Source: Arenicellales bacterium (GTDB taxonomy: Bacteria > Pseudomonadota > Gammaproteobacteria > Arenicellales > JAJDZL01). From it: 64,000 bases of DNA. Within the stretch, counting starts at the first letter, position 1; the number at the start of each line of letters is the position of its first letter. The translations under genes were made by a program, and so were the position numbers. Shown here piece by piece: positions 46,499-57,708 of this stretch. Under the pieces are notes generated by a model. The model saw only the letters and a list, made by a program, of their open reading frames with translations, ran no database searches and had not been told where the DNA came from. The DNA is taken from assembly GCA_965213865.1 (NCBI GenBank), contig OZ243928.1, positions 2,106,828 to 2,170,827 of the forward strand, read 5' to 3'.

Positions 46499-47590
46499 AT
46501 GAGTGTCGTTGACAAGCAAATCGTTGAGACGGCTTTAGCCGGCGTGACCGACCCCCACACGGAATCTTCGCTGCTGGCCGACAAGAAAATCAGAAATATC
46601 TCAATCGACGGGAGCCGTGCTCAGCTGACTGTGTCACTTGGCTATCCAGCCAAAAGCTGGCTGCCGCGTCTGACTGAGCAGATTCAATCCATTGTAACCG
46701 CATTGGATGGAGTATCTGCTGTACAGGTTGATGTTGACCGCAAGATCCATTCGCATACGGTCCAAAAAGGCGTATCGCCGATCGCAAATGTAAAGAACAT
46801 GATCGCCGTTGCGTCGGGCAAAGGCGGTGTCGGCAAGTCGACCGTCTCCGCCAACCTGGCGCTGGCGCTGTCGGTTGAAGGAGCGCAAGTCGGGGTCTTG
46901 GATGCGGACATTTACGGCCCGAGCCAGCCGCGCATGCTCGGTGTGCGCGGCAAGCCGCAATCGAAAGACGGCAAAACCATGCAGCCGGTGCAGAGCTATC
47001 ATTTGCAGACCATGTCTATCGGATTCCTGATTGAGGAGGAGACGCCGATGATCTGGCGCGGCCCGATGGTCACCCAGGCGCTTGAGCAGCTCCTGAACCA
47101 AACCGCTTGGACGGAGCTGGATTACCTGATTATCGATCTGCCCCCGGGCACAGGCGATACGCAGCTGACCCTCGCGCAGCGGGTGCCCGTCAGCGGCGCT
47201 GTGATTGTCACCACCCCTCAGGACATTGCGCTTCTGGATGCGAGAAAAGCCTATCGCATGTTCGAGAAAGTCGAGATTGATGTGTTGGGCGTGGTTGAAA
47301 ACATGAGCATGCATATTTGCAGTCAGTGCGGGCACGAAGAGCATATATTCGGGCAGGGCGGCGGACAGAAGATGGCTGAGGAATACGGTGTCAGCTACTT
47401 GGGCGGCGTGCCGCTGGACATCCGCATTCGAAGTGATGCAGACAATGGCAGGCCGACCGTGATCAATGATCCTGACGGAAAAATATCCATGATTTACCGC
47501 GAGATCGCGCGGACTGCTGCAGCTAAATTGTCGCGTCGCAAGAAAGATTTTTCCAGCGATTTTCCGTCTATTGTTATTCAGAATACTTGA
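46499..47590 (+). CDS. apbC: iron-sulfur cluster carrier ATPase ApbC/Mrp
   Basis: Has an N-terminal DUF59-like part, the deviant Walker A VASGKGGVGKST, and CSQCGHEEHIFG. Confidence 0.92.
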   Translation: MSVVDKQIVETALAGVTDPHTESSLLADKKIRNISIDGSRAQLTVSLGYPAKSWLPRLTEQIQSIVTALDGVSAVQVDVDRKIHSHTVQKGVSPIANVKNMIAVASGKGGVGKSTVSANLALALSVEGAQVGVLDADIYGPSQPRMLGVRGKPQSKDGKTMQPVQSYHLQTMSIGFLIEEETPMIWRGPMVTQALEQLLNQTAWTELDYLIIDLPPGTGDTQLTLAQRVPVSGAVIVTTPQDIALLDARKAYRMFEKVEIDVLGVVENMSMHICSQCGHEEHIFGQGGGQKMAEEYGVSYLGGVPLDIRIRSDADNGRPTVINDPDGKISMIYREIARTAAAKLSRRKKDFSSDFPSIVIQNT

Positions 47591-47633
47591 ATTCAATCGC
47601 TAGGGAAAGAACGGTTGCGAGGGAGTTTGTGCG

Positions 47634-48200
47634 ATGCCTGTGATGTCTGACTATTGGATCCGAAAGATGGCGGCTGAGGCAGGCATGATTGAGCCGTTTG
47701 AGGCTGATCAGGTCAGTCGGATTGACGGCAGGCCGGTGATTTCATACGGCACCTCGAGTTATGGATATGACATTCGCTGCTCGCGCGAATTCAAGATATT
47801 TACCAATATCAATGCCGCAGTCGTCGATCCCAAATCGTTCTCTGAGGACAGTTTTATCGACTTTGAGGGCGATGTCTGCGTCATACCGCCGAACTCATTT
47901 GCCTTGGCGCGCACCATGGAGTATTTTCGCATCCCCCGCAATGTGCTGACGATCTGTCTGGGGAAATCGACCTATGCCCGCTGTGGAATCATCGTCAATG
48001 TCACGCCGTTTGAGCCTGAATGGGAAGGGCATGCGACCCTTGAGTTTTCCAATACAACGCCGCTGCCGGCTAAGATTTATGCTGCAGAGGGTGTTGCACA
48101 GGTTGTTTTCTTCGCAGGCGAACAAGAGTGTGCAACCTCCTACAGCGACAGAAAAGGCAAGTACCAAAAACAGATCAGCGTCACACTGCCCATGACGTAA
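47634..48200 (+). CDS. dcd: dCTP deaminase
   Basis: Contains [26 protein letters not shown] and the EFSN motif. The start could be the ATG at 47643. Confidence 0.92.
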   Translation: MPVMSDYWIRKMAAEAGMIEPFEADQVSRIDGRPVISYGTSSYGYDIRCSREFKIFTNINAAVVDPKSFSEDSFIDFEGDVCVIPPNSFALARTMEYFRIPRNVLTICLGKSTYARCGIIVNVTPFEPEWEGHATLEFSNTTPLPAKIYAAEGVAQVVFFAGEQECATSYSDRKGKYQKQISVTLPMT

Positions 48201-48247
48201 GGGGTATCGAAACCCAAGCTGCATATCGATCTGAGAGGCTATCGCAA

Positions 48248-49411
48248 ATGTCTGGCAATACATTCGGGTCAGTTTTTACGCTGACCACCTTTGGCGAGAG
48301 TCACGGTCCGGCGATCGGCTGCATTGTCGATGGCTGTCCGCCGGGGATGGAGCTTGCCGCAGAGGACATTCAGCGTGACTTGGACCGGCGGCGGCCGGGC
48401 ACGTCAAAGTTCACGACCCAGCGCCGCGAGGCCGATCAGGTTGAGATTCTCTCAGGAGTCTTCGAGGGCAGGACCACCGGGGTGCCGATCGGACTGATGA
48501 TTCGCAACACGGATCAAAGATCGCGCGATTACTTGAAAATTGCCGATCGCTTCCGCCCCGGGCACGCTGACTACACCTACGCGAGAAAATACGGGCACCG
48601 CGACTATCGCGGCGGCGGTCGCTCTTCGGCGCGTGAGACTGCGCTGCGGGTTGCCGCTGGCGCTATCGCAAAAAAATACCTGGCCGAGAAATATGGTGTC
48701 GCCGTGCGCGGCTGTGTCAGTCAGATTGGCAGGATCAAAGCCGAGTGCCTGAATTGGGATACAGTGGCAGGCAATTCGTTTTTCTGGCCCAGCCCAGCCC
48801 AGCTCGGTGAGCTTGAAAGCCTTATCGCTCAGCTGCGCAAGGCGGGTGACTCAGTGGGCGCCTGTCTGACGGCGGAAGCGCACAATGTGCCTTCGGGCTG
48901 GGGGGAACCGCTCTACCAGCGCCTGGATGCTCAGATTGCGACTGCGATGATGGGCATCAACGCAGTCAAGGGCGTGGAAATTGGAGCTGGGTTTGACTGT
49001 GTTGCCATGCGGGGGTCTGCGTTTCGTGACGCCATGACACCGCAGGGTTTTGTGTCCAACAACGCCGGCGGCATCGCCGGCGGCATCTCGACCGGGCAGC
49101 CGGTTACGGTTAGAGTGGCATTCAAGCCGACATCAAGCATCGTTGCGCCCGGCACGACTATCGATCGCGAGGGCAACGCAGTTGAAATATCGGTCACTGG
49201 CCGCCATGATCCCTGCGTAGGCTTGCGGGCTGTGCCGATTGTTGAGGCAATGCTGGCTCTGGTGCTGATGGACCTGGCGCTGCGGCATCGGGCGCAAAAC
49301 GCGGATGTGGTGCCGGCGGCGCCGGCTGTTGCCGGGCAGCTCGAGCAGAGTGAGGCAGCCGCACAAAGCGGTCAGCTGCCGGCATCTTTCGAAGTGCCGG
49401 GTGATGATTGA
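48248..49411 (+). CDS. aroC: chorismate synthase (with a ~30-aa Ala/Gln-rich C-terminal extension)
   Basis: Contains [33 protein letters not shown] and [10 protein letters not shown]. The ATG at 48248 is preferred over the upstream 48128 start, which overlaps dcd. Confidence 0.93.
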   Translation: MSGNTFGSVFTLTTFGESHGPAIGCIVDGCPPGMELAAEDIQRDLDRRRPGTSKFTTQRREADQVEILSGVFEGRTTGVPIGLMIRNTDQRSRDYLKIADRFRPGHADYTYARKYGHRDYRGGGRSSARETALRVAAGAIAKKYLAEKYGVAVRGCVSQIGRIKAECLNWDTVAGNSFFWPSPAQLGELESLIAQLRKAGDSVGACLTAEAHNVPSGWGEPLYQRLDAQIATAMMGINAVKGVEIGAGFDCVAMRGSAFRDAMTPQGFVSNNAGGIAGGISTGQPVTVRVAFKPTSSIVAPGTTIDREGNAVEISVTGRHDPCVGLRAVPIVEAMLALVLMDLALRHRAQNADVVPAAPAVAGQLEQSEAAAQSGQLPASFEVPGDD

Positions 49412-49416
49412 GGCGG

Positions 49417-49857
49417 TCAGCCGATTCTGGTGATCTTGGTGTTCGAGCGACCGTGCTGCGGTATCGGCGATGCGCTGTCCAGGCTTGCCGGCAGCGAGGC
49501 ATTGCGCTTGAAGTAATCGGCTGCGCTTTCGCCGATATCATGCAGCAGCCTGATTTGATCAATATCTGCGGTGTCTGAGTGTGTGAGCTCAAAGTGAATC
49601 TTGCCCAGTGCATCAAACGTTGTCGTAAAAGCAACGGGTGCGTTCAAGTGGTAGCAGTGATTGGCCTTGTAAACGGATCGGAATACTTTTTTGACCAGCT
49701 CATAGTGGACTGCATCCGAGCAGACAAACAGGCGCAGATGATCGGCGCTGTCAACAAGTGGAATCTGATGCTCCCCGAGTGATTCCGCCAGCGTCAGCGC
49801 GAGCTGGCGGAAAGTCGTTTTTGGCTTCCCGATTTTTGTGGCGGTCACGCGGGCCAT
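49417..49857 (-). CDS. hypothetical protein (146 aa)
   Basis: ORF of plausible composition between aroC and leuB. I recognise no family motif. Confidence 0.35.
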   Translation of the reverse strand: MARVTATKIGKPKTTFRQLALTLAESLGEHQIPLVDSADHLRLFVCSDAVHYELVKKVFRSVYKANHCYHLNAPVAFTTTFDALGKIHFELTHSDTADIDQIRLLHDIGESAADYFKRNASLPASLDSASPIPQHGRSNTKITRIG

Positions 49858-49992
49858 AATTTGCTGTTTAACTGCACCGCAGGTGTTTCAAAGCATATAA
49901 AATAAGCGTTTTCCATCAAGCTGACGAAAGAATTGCTTGCCAACAATATACACAGAAAAAAAGACTGACTGAAAAATAATTGGAGTCCATGA

Positions 49993-51084
49993 ATGTCGAA
50001 TAAGCTGCTTCTGATTCCGGGCGATGGCATCGGGCCGGAAATTGTGGCCCAGGCTGCGCTGGTTATTGAGGAGTTGCAAGGCTTGGCGGGGCTTGATGTG
50101 ACTTGCGAGTACGCTGATCTTGGCGGCCGGGCGTATGATGAGACTGGCAGTCCGCTGCCGGAGTCGACGCTGCGTCTGGCGAAAGAGTCGGATGCGATCC
50201 TGTTCGGCGCCGTCGGCGGCAGTCAGTGGGATACGCTGCCGCGCCAGGACCGTCCGGAGACCGCATTGCTGCGGCTGCGGCGCGAGCTTGATCTGTTTGC
50301 CAATCTGAGACCGGCGATTCTGCTTCCGGCGCTGGCCTCCAGCTCATCACTGAAAGACGAGCTCGTTTCGGGACTTGATATTCTGATCGTGCGCGAACTG
50401 ACCAGCGGCATCTACTTCGGCGAGCCGCGCGGCGTTCAGACGGATGCGGCGGGCCGGCGAAAGGGCATCAATACCTTGGTGTACCACGAGGAAGAGATCG
50501 TCCGGGTGGCGGACGCAGCTTTCAGGATTGCGCGCAAGCGCGGCAATCGATTATGCTCGGTCGACAAGGCCAATGTGCTTGAGACAACAGAATTCTGGCG
50601 CGAGGTGGTTGCCGGCGTTGGCGAGCGCCATTATCCCGATGTCGAGCTTTCGCACATGCTGGTCGACAATGCGGCCATGCAGCTGGTGCGCAGGCCAAAG
50701 CAGTTCGATGTCATTGTCACGACGAATATGTTCGGGGATATTCTCTCGGATATTTCTGCCATGCTGACCGGCTCGATCGGCATGCTGCCGTCTGCATCGC
50801 TTGGCGCGACCCAGCTGGGGCTTTATGAGCCGGTCCACGGAACCGCGCCGGACATTGCTGGATTGAATCAGGCCAATCCATTGGCAACAATTCTGTCGCT
50901 GGCGATGCTTCTGCGCTATTCACTCAATTTGCCCGAGCTGGCCGGAAATGTTGAGCAGGCTGTATCCAATGTACTCGAAAAAGGTTTTCGAACCCCGGAT
51001 ATCCACAGTGTCGGCTGCGAGCTCGTCGGCACCGCGCAAATGGGCAGTGAAGTGATCGCTGAGCTGCGCACAATAATGAGCTGA
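49993..51084 (+). CDS. leuB: 3-isopropylmalate dehydrogenase
   Basis: Contains [23 protein letters not shown] and NMFGDILSD. Confidence 0.95.
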   Translation: MSNKLLLIPGDGIGPEIVAQAALVIEELQGLAGLDVTCEYADLGGRAYDETGSPLPESTLRLAKESDAILFGAVGGSQWDTLPRQDRPETALLRLRRELDLFANLRPAILLPALASSSSLKDELVSGLDILIVRELTSGIYFGEPRGVQTDAAGRRKGINTLVYHEEEIVRVADAAFRIARKRGNRLCSVDKANVLETTEFWREVVAGVGERHYPDVELSHMLVDNAAMQLVRRPKQFDVIVTTNMFGDILSDISAMLTGSIGMLPSASLGATQLGLYEPVHGTAPDIAGLNQANPLATILSLAMLLRYSLNLPELAGNVEQAVSNVLEKGFRTPDIHSVGCELVGTAQMGSEVIAELRTIMS

Positions 51085-51114
51085 TGCCAATTCACGCAGC
51101 TTGGAATTACAGCT

Positions 51115-52134
51115 ATGATGGCCAATTCATATGATGTCGCAGTCGTCGGCGCCTCTGGCATGATCGGCGAGGCGATGCTGTCGATATTGGAAGAGCGGCA
51201 ATTTCCAGTGCGCCAGCTGTTCCCTTTGGGAAGCGAGCGCTCAGCCGGCTCGACGATCACGTTTGGAGGCGCGCCGGTCACAATCGGCCAGCTGTCCGAT
51301 TTTGATTTTTCCGCCGCTGATTATGCGCTTTTTTCAGCGGGGGCCAGCGTTTCTGATGTCTATGCTCCGCAGGCGGTTGCTGCCGGCTGCACGGTCATCG
51401 ACAATACGTCAAGATTTCGCTATGACGCGAATGTGCCCCTGGTCATTCCAGAGGTGAACAGTCATGCGCTGGCGAATCACAGCGGACTGATTGCCAATCC
51501 CAACTGCTCGACTATTCAGATGCTGGTCGCGCTCAAGCCGATTTATGATGCCGTAGGAATCCGCCGCATCAACGTGGCGACCTACCAGTCGGTCTCAGGA
51601 GCGGGACGCTCCGCGGTGAGCGAGCTGGCGGATCAAAGCGCTGCTTTGCTCAGCGGCAAAGAAGCGCAGATCAGCGTCGCACCCAAACAGATTGCCTTCA
51701 ACGCGATTCCCCATATTGACGTATTTTTGGAAAACGGATACAGCAAGGAGGAAATGAAGATGGTGTGGGAAACCCGGAAAATCCTCGGTGACGAGACCAT
51801 CCGGGTGAATCCGACCGCGGTGCGCATTCCGGTATTTTTTTCCCATTCTGAAGCCTTGCATATCGAGACCGAGCAAAAAATCAATGCCCAGCAGGCCAAA
51901 GAACTGCTCTCGACTGCACCCGGCGTGACTGTTGTTGATGATCTTGGCGCGCTGGAGTATCCGACTGCGGCAACGCATGGCTCCAACCGGGATGACGTAT
52001 TTGTCGGCCGGATTCGTGAAGACTTGTCCCATGAGCTTGGACTCAATCTATGGGTTGTGTCCGACAACGTCAGAAAAGGCGGCGCCCTCAACAGCATTCA
52101 AATTGCTGAACACTTGATCAATGGCGAGAACTGA
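51115..52134 (+). CDS. asd: aspartate-semialdehyde dehydrogenase (short, ~340-aa type)
   Basis: Contains VAVVGASGMIG, the active site NPNCSTIQM and a FSHSEA histidine region. Confidence 0.9.
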   Translation: MMANSYDVAVVGASGMIGEAMLSILEERQFPVRQLFPLGSERSAGSTITFGGAPVTIGQLSDFDFSAADYALFSAGASVSDVYAPQAVAAGCTVIDNTSRFRYDANVPLVIPEVNSHALANHSGLIANPNCSTIQMLVALKPIYDAVGIRRINVATYQSVSGAGRSAVSELADQSAALLSGKEAQISVAPKQIAFNAIPHIDVFLENGYSKEEMKMVWETRKILGDETIRVNPTAVRIPVFFSHSEALHIETEQKINAQQAKELLSTAPGVTVVDDLGALEYPTAATHGSNRDDVFVGRIREDLSHELGLNLWVVSDNVRKGGALNSIQIAEHLINGEN

Positions 52135-53140
52135 CAGGCGCAATCGCGCTTTCGCAGCGGCTGCAAGCGTGCTGCTCTGCTGTCTTTCGATCAAGGTTTC
52201 AGAGGCTGCAGCCGATGTGGCCGCGCCAGACGAGCCGGTGCCGTGTGTCTCCTGTCCAGAGCCGCCGGAACTGGACCCGCAGACCCGTTACCGCGGCGCC
52301 AGCGGCGGGGTCAGCGGCATCGTCAATGATGCAGTTTTTTTGCTGGCGGTGGTGGCGGACGAAGTTCGGCAGATTCAGGGCGCATCAATCGCAGCGCTGT
52401 TGCCGTCCATTGAAAATCGAATGGCATCGGACCGCACCGCCCGTGTCATCTGGCTGCTGATTTTTGCCGCGGTGGCAACGAGTGGACTGTTCTTGCTGTC
52501 CGCCTTGTATGGCTTTGTTTTCCGAGCCCCAGTACTGGAACCGCCAGCCTCGGCGGCGCAGTCGCCGCCGCAATCGGTTGCGTATCGACGCGAAACTGAT
52601 CGGGCATCAAAGCCACTGAGCACGTCTGCGGGCACCCCATCGCTTGGCGAGCTTGTTCAATCTGGCAGGTATGAGAAAGCCGAGGCCGCGTTTCGCGCCA
52701 GCCTGAAGCACCGCCCAGAGGAAATCGGCGCCTATTTGTATCTTTTTGCCTGCACTGCCTTGGCTGATGACGCTGGCCAGTACACTGCGCTGGCTGCAGA
52801 AATTTTTCCGGATGGACTGGATGCCTCCAAACAGCTCCATCTGCATATCGCAGACATAGGCAGGGCGGTTTCGCCGGAGGATTTTCCTTTGACATCATAC
52901 CCGCTGCCGGCAGAGCCTTATGAACTGAAAGCTGAGCTGGTGGATGATTCTCTGGGGGCGATTGCAGAGTTTGGCGATGTACAGACCCTGCTTGATCTGA
53001 TCAAAGCCTACATTGAGATGCAGCAGCCCAATCAGGCCCGGCACATGATTGTTGAAGTTCTGGTGCGCGGTACGGCGAGCCAGCGCAGACAGGCGCTGAA
53101 AATGGCAAGAAGCCTGGCTGGTGTCAATGGAGCGAGCTAG
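52121..53140 (+). CDS. short FimV/HubP-like protein (signal/TM regions plus a FimV C-terminal motif; no LysM domain seen)
   Basis: The C-terminal LDLIKAYIEMQQPNQARHMIVEVLVRGTASQRRQALKMARSL matches the FimV C-terminal domain pattern. It occupies the fimV slot of the leuB-asd-fimV-truA order. Confidence 0.55.
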   Translation: MARTDRRNRAFAAAASVLLCCLSIKVSEAAADVAAPDEPVPCVSCPEPPELDPQTRYRGASGGVSGIVNDAVFLLAVVADEVRQIQGASIAALLPSIENRMASDRTARVIWLLIFAAVATSGLFLLSALYGFVFRAPVLEPPASAAQSPPQSVAYRRETDRASKPLSTSAGTPSLGELVQSGRYEKAEAAFRASLKHRPEEIGAYLYLFACTALADDAGQYTALAAEIFPDGLDASKQLHLHIADIGRAVSPEDFPLTSYPLPAEPYELKAELVDDSLGAIAEFGDVQTLLDLIKAYIEMQQPNQARHMIVEVLVRGTASQRRQALKMARSLAGVNGAS

Positions 53141-53172
53141 CGCGGCAAAACGAGCTGTGATTTTGCTCAGCG

Positions 53173-54012
53173 CTAAGCTTGCCTCAGTGCTGTGGAAACA
53201 CTTCGCACGAAGTTCACGACAGCCTCTACTGCAGAAGCTTCAGGCTTGTGATGCTCGTCGAGATGTTGCCCGACGATGTCGACGATCGCCGATCCGATCA
53301 CAATGCCATCGGCTTTGGCGGCGATGGATTGCGCCTGCTCAGGCGATCTGATGCCAAAGCCAACAGCAACGGGCAGGGTGGTATGCTGTTTGAGACGGCC
53401 GACAGCGGTCTCGACCTGGTCGGTGACGGCGCTGCGCGTTCCGGTTACACCCAGTACGGAAATATAGTAAACGAAGCCGCTGACATTATGCAGCACTGAA
53501 CGGATGCGATTGTCGTCAGTCGATGGCGTGACCAGCCTGATCCAATGCAGTCCGGCAGTCAGTGCAGGGTCGCACAGTTCGTGATCTTCCTCAGGCGGCA
53601 AATCAACAATAATCAAGCCGTCCACGCCGCTGGCGACGCAATCTTGAACGAATTGCGCTGGACCATAGCGGTAGATCGGATTGTAATAGCCCATCAGAAC
53701 AATCGGTGTTGCTGCATCTTGCTGTCGAAACAGGCGGACCAGTTCCAGCGTCTTTGGAAGTGTCATGCCCGCTTTCAAGGCCCGCTGGCTGGATGCTTGG
53801 ATAGCAGGTCCGTCAGCCATTGGATCTGAAAAGGGCATGCCGATTTCAATGATGTCAGCGCCAGCGTCGGGCAGGGCGCAGATCAATTCCTTGGAACAGT
53901 CAAAATCGGGGTCGCCCGCTGTCAAGAAAGCGACAAATGCCTTTTGCTGGTTTTTGGCAAGCGTCGCAAACTTGCGCGTAATGCGTGAGTTGGAAAGGCT
54001 TGGCGTGCTCAA
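53173..54012 (-). CDS. trpA: tryptophan synthase alpha chain
   Basis: Contains [26 protein letters not shown] and VGFGI. Confidence 0.93.
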   Translation of the reverse strand: MSTPSLSNSRITRKFATLAKNQQKAFVAFLTAGDPDFDCSKELICALPDAGADIIEIGMPFSDPMADGPAIQASSQRALKAGMTLPKTLELVRLFRQQDAATPIVLMGYYNPIYRYGPAQFVQDCVASGVDGLIIVDLPPEEDHELCDPALTAGLHWIRLVTPSTDDNRIRSVLHNVSGFVYYISVLGVTGTRSAVTDQVETAVGRLKQHTTLPVAVGFGIRSPEQAQSIAAKADGIVIGSAIVDIVGQHLDEHHKPEASAVEAVVNFVRSVSTALRQA

Positions 54013-55241
54013 AGCTTTGCACCGAGCGCTTCTGCGACCGAGAATACATCTTTGTCACCGCGGCCGCATAAATTCATCACCAGAATGTCATGCCTGGCAT
54101 ACTCGCTGGCGATCTTCTCAACATGTGCAAGCGCATGAGCCGGTTCCAGCGCAGGAATGATGCCTTCAGTGCTGCAGCAAAGCTGAAATGCCCGGAGAGC
54201 TTCCTGATCGGTGACGGAGACATACTCAACGCGGCCGGTATCGTGCAGCCACGAGTGCTCGGGTCCGATGCCCGGATAGTCAAGTCCGGCTGAGATAGAG
54301 TGGGCGTCGACAATCTGGCCGTCATCGGTCTGCAGCAGATAAGTACGATTGCCATGCAAGACGCCGGGCTTTCCACCGCTGATCGAGGCGGCATGCTTGC
54401 CGGTCTCAATGCCGAGACCGGCGGCTTCAACGCCGATGATGCGGAGGTTCTTATGCTCCAGGAAGGGATGAAAAAGTCCCATCGCGTTTGAACCGCCGCC
54501 AATGCAGGCAACGAGACAGTCCGGCAGCCGGCCCTCGGCTTCAAGAATCTGCTGCTCAGTCTCCCGGCCGATGACAGACTGAAAGTCACGCACCATCATG
54601 GGATAAGGATGCGGGCCGGCGACGGTGCCGATGATGTAAAAGGTCGAATCGACGTTGGCTACCCAATCTCTCAAAGCTTCATTCATAGCGTCCTTGAGGG
54701 TGCCGGTGCCGGAGGTCACGGGTACGATTTCGGCGCCCAGAAGCCGCATGCGAAAGACATTTGGCGCTTGGCGCTCAATATCGGTCTCGCCCATATAGAC
54801 AACACAGGGAAGATTGAACAGCGCACAGACAGTCGCTGTCGCGACGCCGTGCTGCCCGGCGCCGGTTTCGGCAATAATGCGAGTTTTCCGCATGCGGCGG
54901 GCGAGCAGAATCTGCCCCATTGTATTGTTGATTTTGTGTGCGCCGGTATGATTCAGCTCATCCCTTTTGAAGTATATTTTGGGTCCGCCCAAGTGCTTGC
55001 TCAGGCGGGCGGCATGATAAAGCGGACTGGGCCGACCGATGTAGTGCTTCGCATAGTAGTCGAATTCGCTCTGAAATGCAGGGTCGCTGCGCGCCTCTTC
55101 GTAAGCGTTTTCCACCTTGAGAATCAGCGGCATCAGCGTCTCAGCAACAAACCGCCCGCCATATCGGCCGAAGTGGCCTGACGAGTCCGGCGCTGAGTGA
55201 TAGGATTCGACAGCCGGCGGCGTGAAATTGTCCAATTGCAT
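54009..55241 (-). CDS. trpB: tryptophan synthase beta chain
   Basis: Contains [24 protein letters not shown] and GGGSNAMG. The ATG at 55241 (MQLDNF) is preferred over the 508-aa track ORF. Confidence 0.95.
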   Translation of the reverse strand: MQLDNFTPPAVESYHSAPDSSGHFGRYGGRFVAETLMPLILKVENAYEEARSDPAFQSEFDYYAKHYIGRPSPLYHAARLSKHLGGPKIYFKRDELNHTGAHKINNTMGQILLARRMRKTRIIAETGAGQHGVATATVCALFNLPCVVYMGETDIERQAPNVFRMRLLGAEIVPVTSGTGTLKDAMNEALRDWVANVDSTFYIIGTVAGPHPYPMMVRDFQSVIGRETEQQILEAEGRLPDCLVACIGGGSNAMGLFHPFLEHKNLRIIGVEAAGLGIETGKHAASISGGKPGVLHGNRTYLLQTDDGQIVDAHSISAGLDYPGIGPEHSWLHDTGRVEYVSVTDQEALRAFQLCCSTEGIIPALEPAHALAHVEKIASEYARHDILVMNLCGRGDKDVFSVAEALGAKL

Positions 55242-55319
55242 GGGTCTTGATTTGACTGATTTTTGAATGTCGTGATTATACTCAATGAAAACATATGCCA
55301 AGAGGACCAAAAGGCAGGA

Positions 55320-56096
55320 ATGAAATTTGCGCTTTGCATTGAATACGACGGCTCGCTGTTTCACGGCTGGCAAGCTCAGAGCAATCAATCGACGGTTCAG
55401 GCGGCGGTTGAGAAAGCGCTGTCCACCGTGGCTGACCACGAGGTGGCTGCCTGCTGCGCGGGCCGTACGGATGCCGGCGTTCATGCCTGCGGCCAGATCG
55501 TGCATTTTGAGACGCTGAGTCAGCGTGACGAGCATGCCTGGCTGCTAGGCACGAACACTTATCTTCCCGAGGGTGTCAGTGTTTTGTGGATTTGCGCAGT
55601 GGAGGATTCGTTTCACGCTCGGTTCAGCGCTGTTCGACGATCCTATCGGTACATCATTCTCAATCGACGCGTCCGACCTGCTAATTTGCACCGAAACGTA
55701 AGCTGGCATCCGTTGCCGCTGAATGCCGAGGCCATGAGTGAAGCGGCGAAAGCGCTGGTCGGGACACATGATTTCAGTGCGTTTCGGTCTTCTCAATGCC
55801 AGAACAAAGAACCCACCAAAACTGTTGTGAAACTGCACGTTCGCCGCAAAGGAGACTGGGTATGGATTGACATTGTGGCTGACGGCTTTTTGCATCACAT
55901 GGTGCGCAATATTGTCGGGTCGCTCAGAGAAATAGGCGGCAGCAAGGATGCGGCGTGGCTTGAGAGTGTTCTTCATTCCAAAGACAGGTCTCAAGCTGGC
56001 GTGACGGCCAGCCCGAATGGGCTGTATTTTTTGTCGGCGGCCTATCCCGATCGATATGCATTGCCGCCGATGCCGCCGCCCATTCGCTTCTGGTAG
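55320..56096 (+). CDS. truA: tRNA pseudouridine(38-40) synthase TruA
   Basis: Starts [20 protein letters not shown], with the catalytic Asp motif GRTDAGVHA. Start at 55320. Confidence 0.92.
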   Translation: MKFALCIEYDGSLFHGWQAQSNQSTVQAAVEKALSTVADHEVAACCAGRTDAGVHACGQIVHFETLSQRDEHAWLLGTNTYLPEGVSVLWICAVEDSFHARFSAVRRSYRYIILNRRVRPANLHRNVSWHPLPLNAEAMSEAAKALVGTHDFSAFRSSQCQNKEPTKTVVKLHVRRKGDWVWIDIVADGFLHHMVRNIVGSLREIGGSKDAAWLESVLHSKDRSQAGVTASPNGLYFLSAAYPDRYALPPMPPPIRFW

Positions 56097-56986
56097 GCGC
56101 TCGCCGGCGCTGGTGCCCTGCCATGTATTTGAAAGCAACGAGAGTATTCAGCAAGAGCTGTGCGTGGCGACGGTCTCCGGGAAAATTGCATGTTCCAGCT
56201 GGCGGATGAAGACCGTCTTCGAGAAAGGCTTTGAGACGAGCTGCTCGGCATGAGATAGCATCTAACCCCAGCAATGTCGACTGGGCCGATAACCCAGTCG
56301 AGTCGCGCCAGCCCAAGATCATCGAGCTCAGCGTGACATTTCAAAAAACGCCAGCGATTGAGAGAATAGTATTACTGTAAATTATTGACATAACAGAAAA
56401 ATGCCAAAATTGAGATAAGTGTCTATCTGTGGATGAAGCAGCTTGATAGGGCTCTAGATGCAGACACTTGCAAAGAGCCTGCTGTGTATCTGACAGGCTT
56501 GTCAGAGTTATCGACATCCCCCCGCTTCTGATTGTTTTTGCCGCAGGAGGGCATATCACGCCGATTTCATTGATGCTGGCAAGTCCATGGTGTATTTTGC
56601 GGGATGAGAGCTTTGATCCGCAATGAAGCAGCTGCCGATACAGCAGGGACTGCATCATCAGCGCGAGCAAATAGATGTACCCATGCCGCTAAATTCTCTG
56701 GTCTGTCCGGCATTGCAGTGAGCGAATCGCATGGAAGCTGGCAAGGCTTGGATTTCTCACGTAGACTGTGAGCTATCTTGCTTGAAAAAAAGCATATTTC
56801 TGTGAGGCATGGCTACTGCAAACCAGAGCCCCGATACCACGACAAGAAATCGAATCTAGTTGATTATCGATCAGGAAACAGCTATTGATAAATGGCTACT
56901 TGCCATCCTTGGGAAGAGTCGGTGGCAGCGGCATCCCGCCTGGTCGAGCGGGTTTGCCGCTCTCTTTGACTGCTCTTCTTGTTTTT

Positions 56987-57459
56987 TCAGGCGGCATATT
57001 TTTCACTCATTATTTGATATGCTTTCGACTCGCACTGTTCATTTAGTTTTCGATTCTCTCGAATATCTGCATCCCTCGCTCGCGTTGTTACTTCGGTCAG
57101 TCTCTTTGCCAGCTTTCGATTTCTCTCTCTTGCTGTCGCATCATCGTATTGATGATTATTGACATCGGCCCACAGGTCTATCCAATCGATTTCTAACAGG
57201 CTGCACTCTCTGCTAATCTCATGCAATACGGCTGCCTTTCTCGCATAGCTGGCCACAATATCCCATGCCGTCAACACTGCAAGCACTAGCGCAGCGAATG
57301 TTCCAATTATTTCCGGTTGAGGAAAAAATTCAACAGATCTAGCAGAGTAGCAGAGCCGACTACTGCTGAGAAAACCAATATGCCCCGTATGAGGCAGTAA
57401 TAGCGTCGCTGTTTATCGGCTAGTTCATAGTAACGGACTAAGCGCGCTGCATCTAACAT
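56987..57459 (-). pseudogene. two-TM membrane protein with a helical C-terminal domain, split by a frameshift at a T6 run
   Basis: The ATG at 57459 gives MLDAARLVRYYELADKQRRYYCLIRGILVFSAVVGSATLLDL..., stopping at 57307. The next frame continues VEFFPQPEIIGTFAALVLAVLTAWDIVASYARKAAVLHEI...KYAA* (the track ORF 56987-57286). A 1-nt slip in aattttttcc joins the two parts. Confidence 0.4.
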
Positions 57460-57708
57460 CTCATTTTCTGTATCTTAAAGTCAAAGTGGAAAAATCTTTT
57501 GAGTGGGACAAGAAACGGATACACTCGCAACCCATGGTATAACCAAACCTCATATAATCCGAATGCGCTGGTGACGCTGTTGATCTTTGCCTGTTTTGCG
57601 ATTGAGTCGAAGGTGCATCGATGCAACCTGCCGCATACTGAGTTCATAATTTCTGGCGACCTGAAGCAATTGTTATTTCATAGCAGCCATATTCCGTCAG
57701 AGCCGCAG

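Noticed and set aside
46634-47596. A 320-aa ORF on the - strand antisense to apbC. Similar long antisense ORFs occur at 8845-9648, 13802-14380, 16423-17220, 17850-18473, 44467-45207 and 58354-59250.
   Set aside because: Each lies entirely opposite a gene with unambiguous family motifs. They have Arg/Ala/Pro-rich low-complexity composition and no recognisable motifs. Such ORFs are typical shadow ORFs of GC-biased coding sequence.
54009-55535. N-terminally extended ORF-track models: trpB at 508 aa, ribBA from 7897, aroC from 48128, truA from 55263, trpF from 57499, the Rpn nuclease from 43214, and dsbC from 12253.
   Set aside because: The extensions overlap neighbouring genes or lack family similarity. 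Internal ATG, GTG or TTG starts that coincide with the conserved protein N-termini were used instead.
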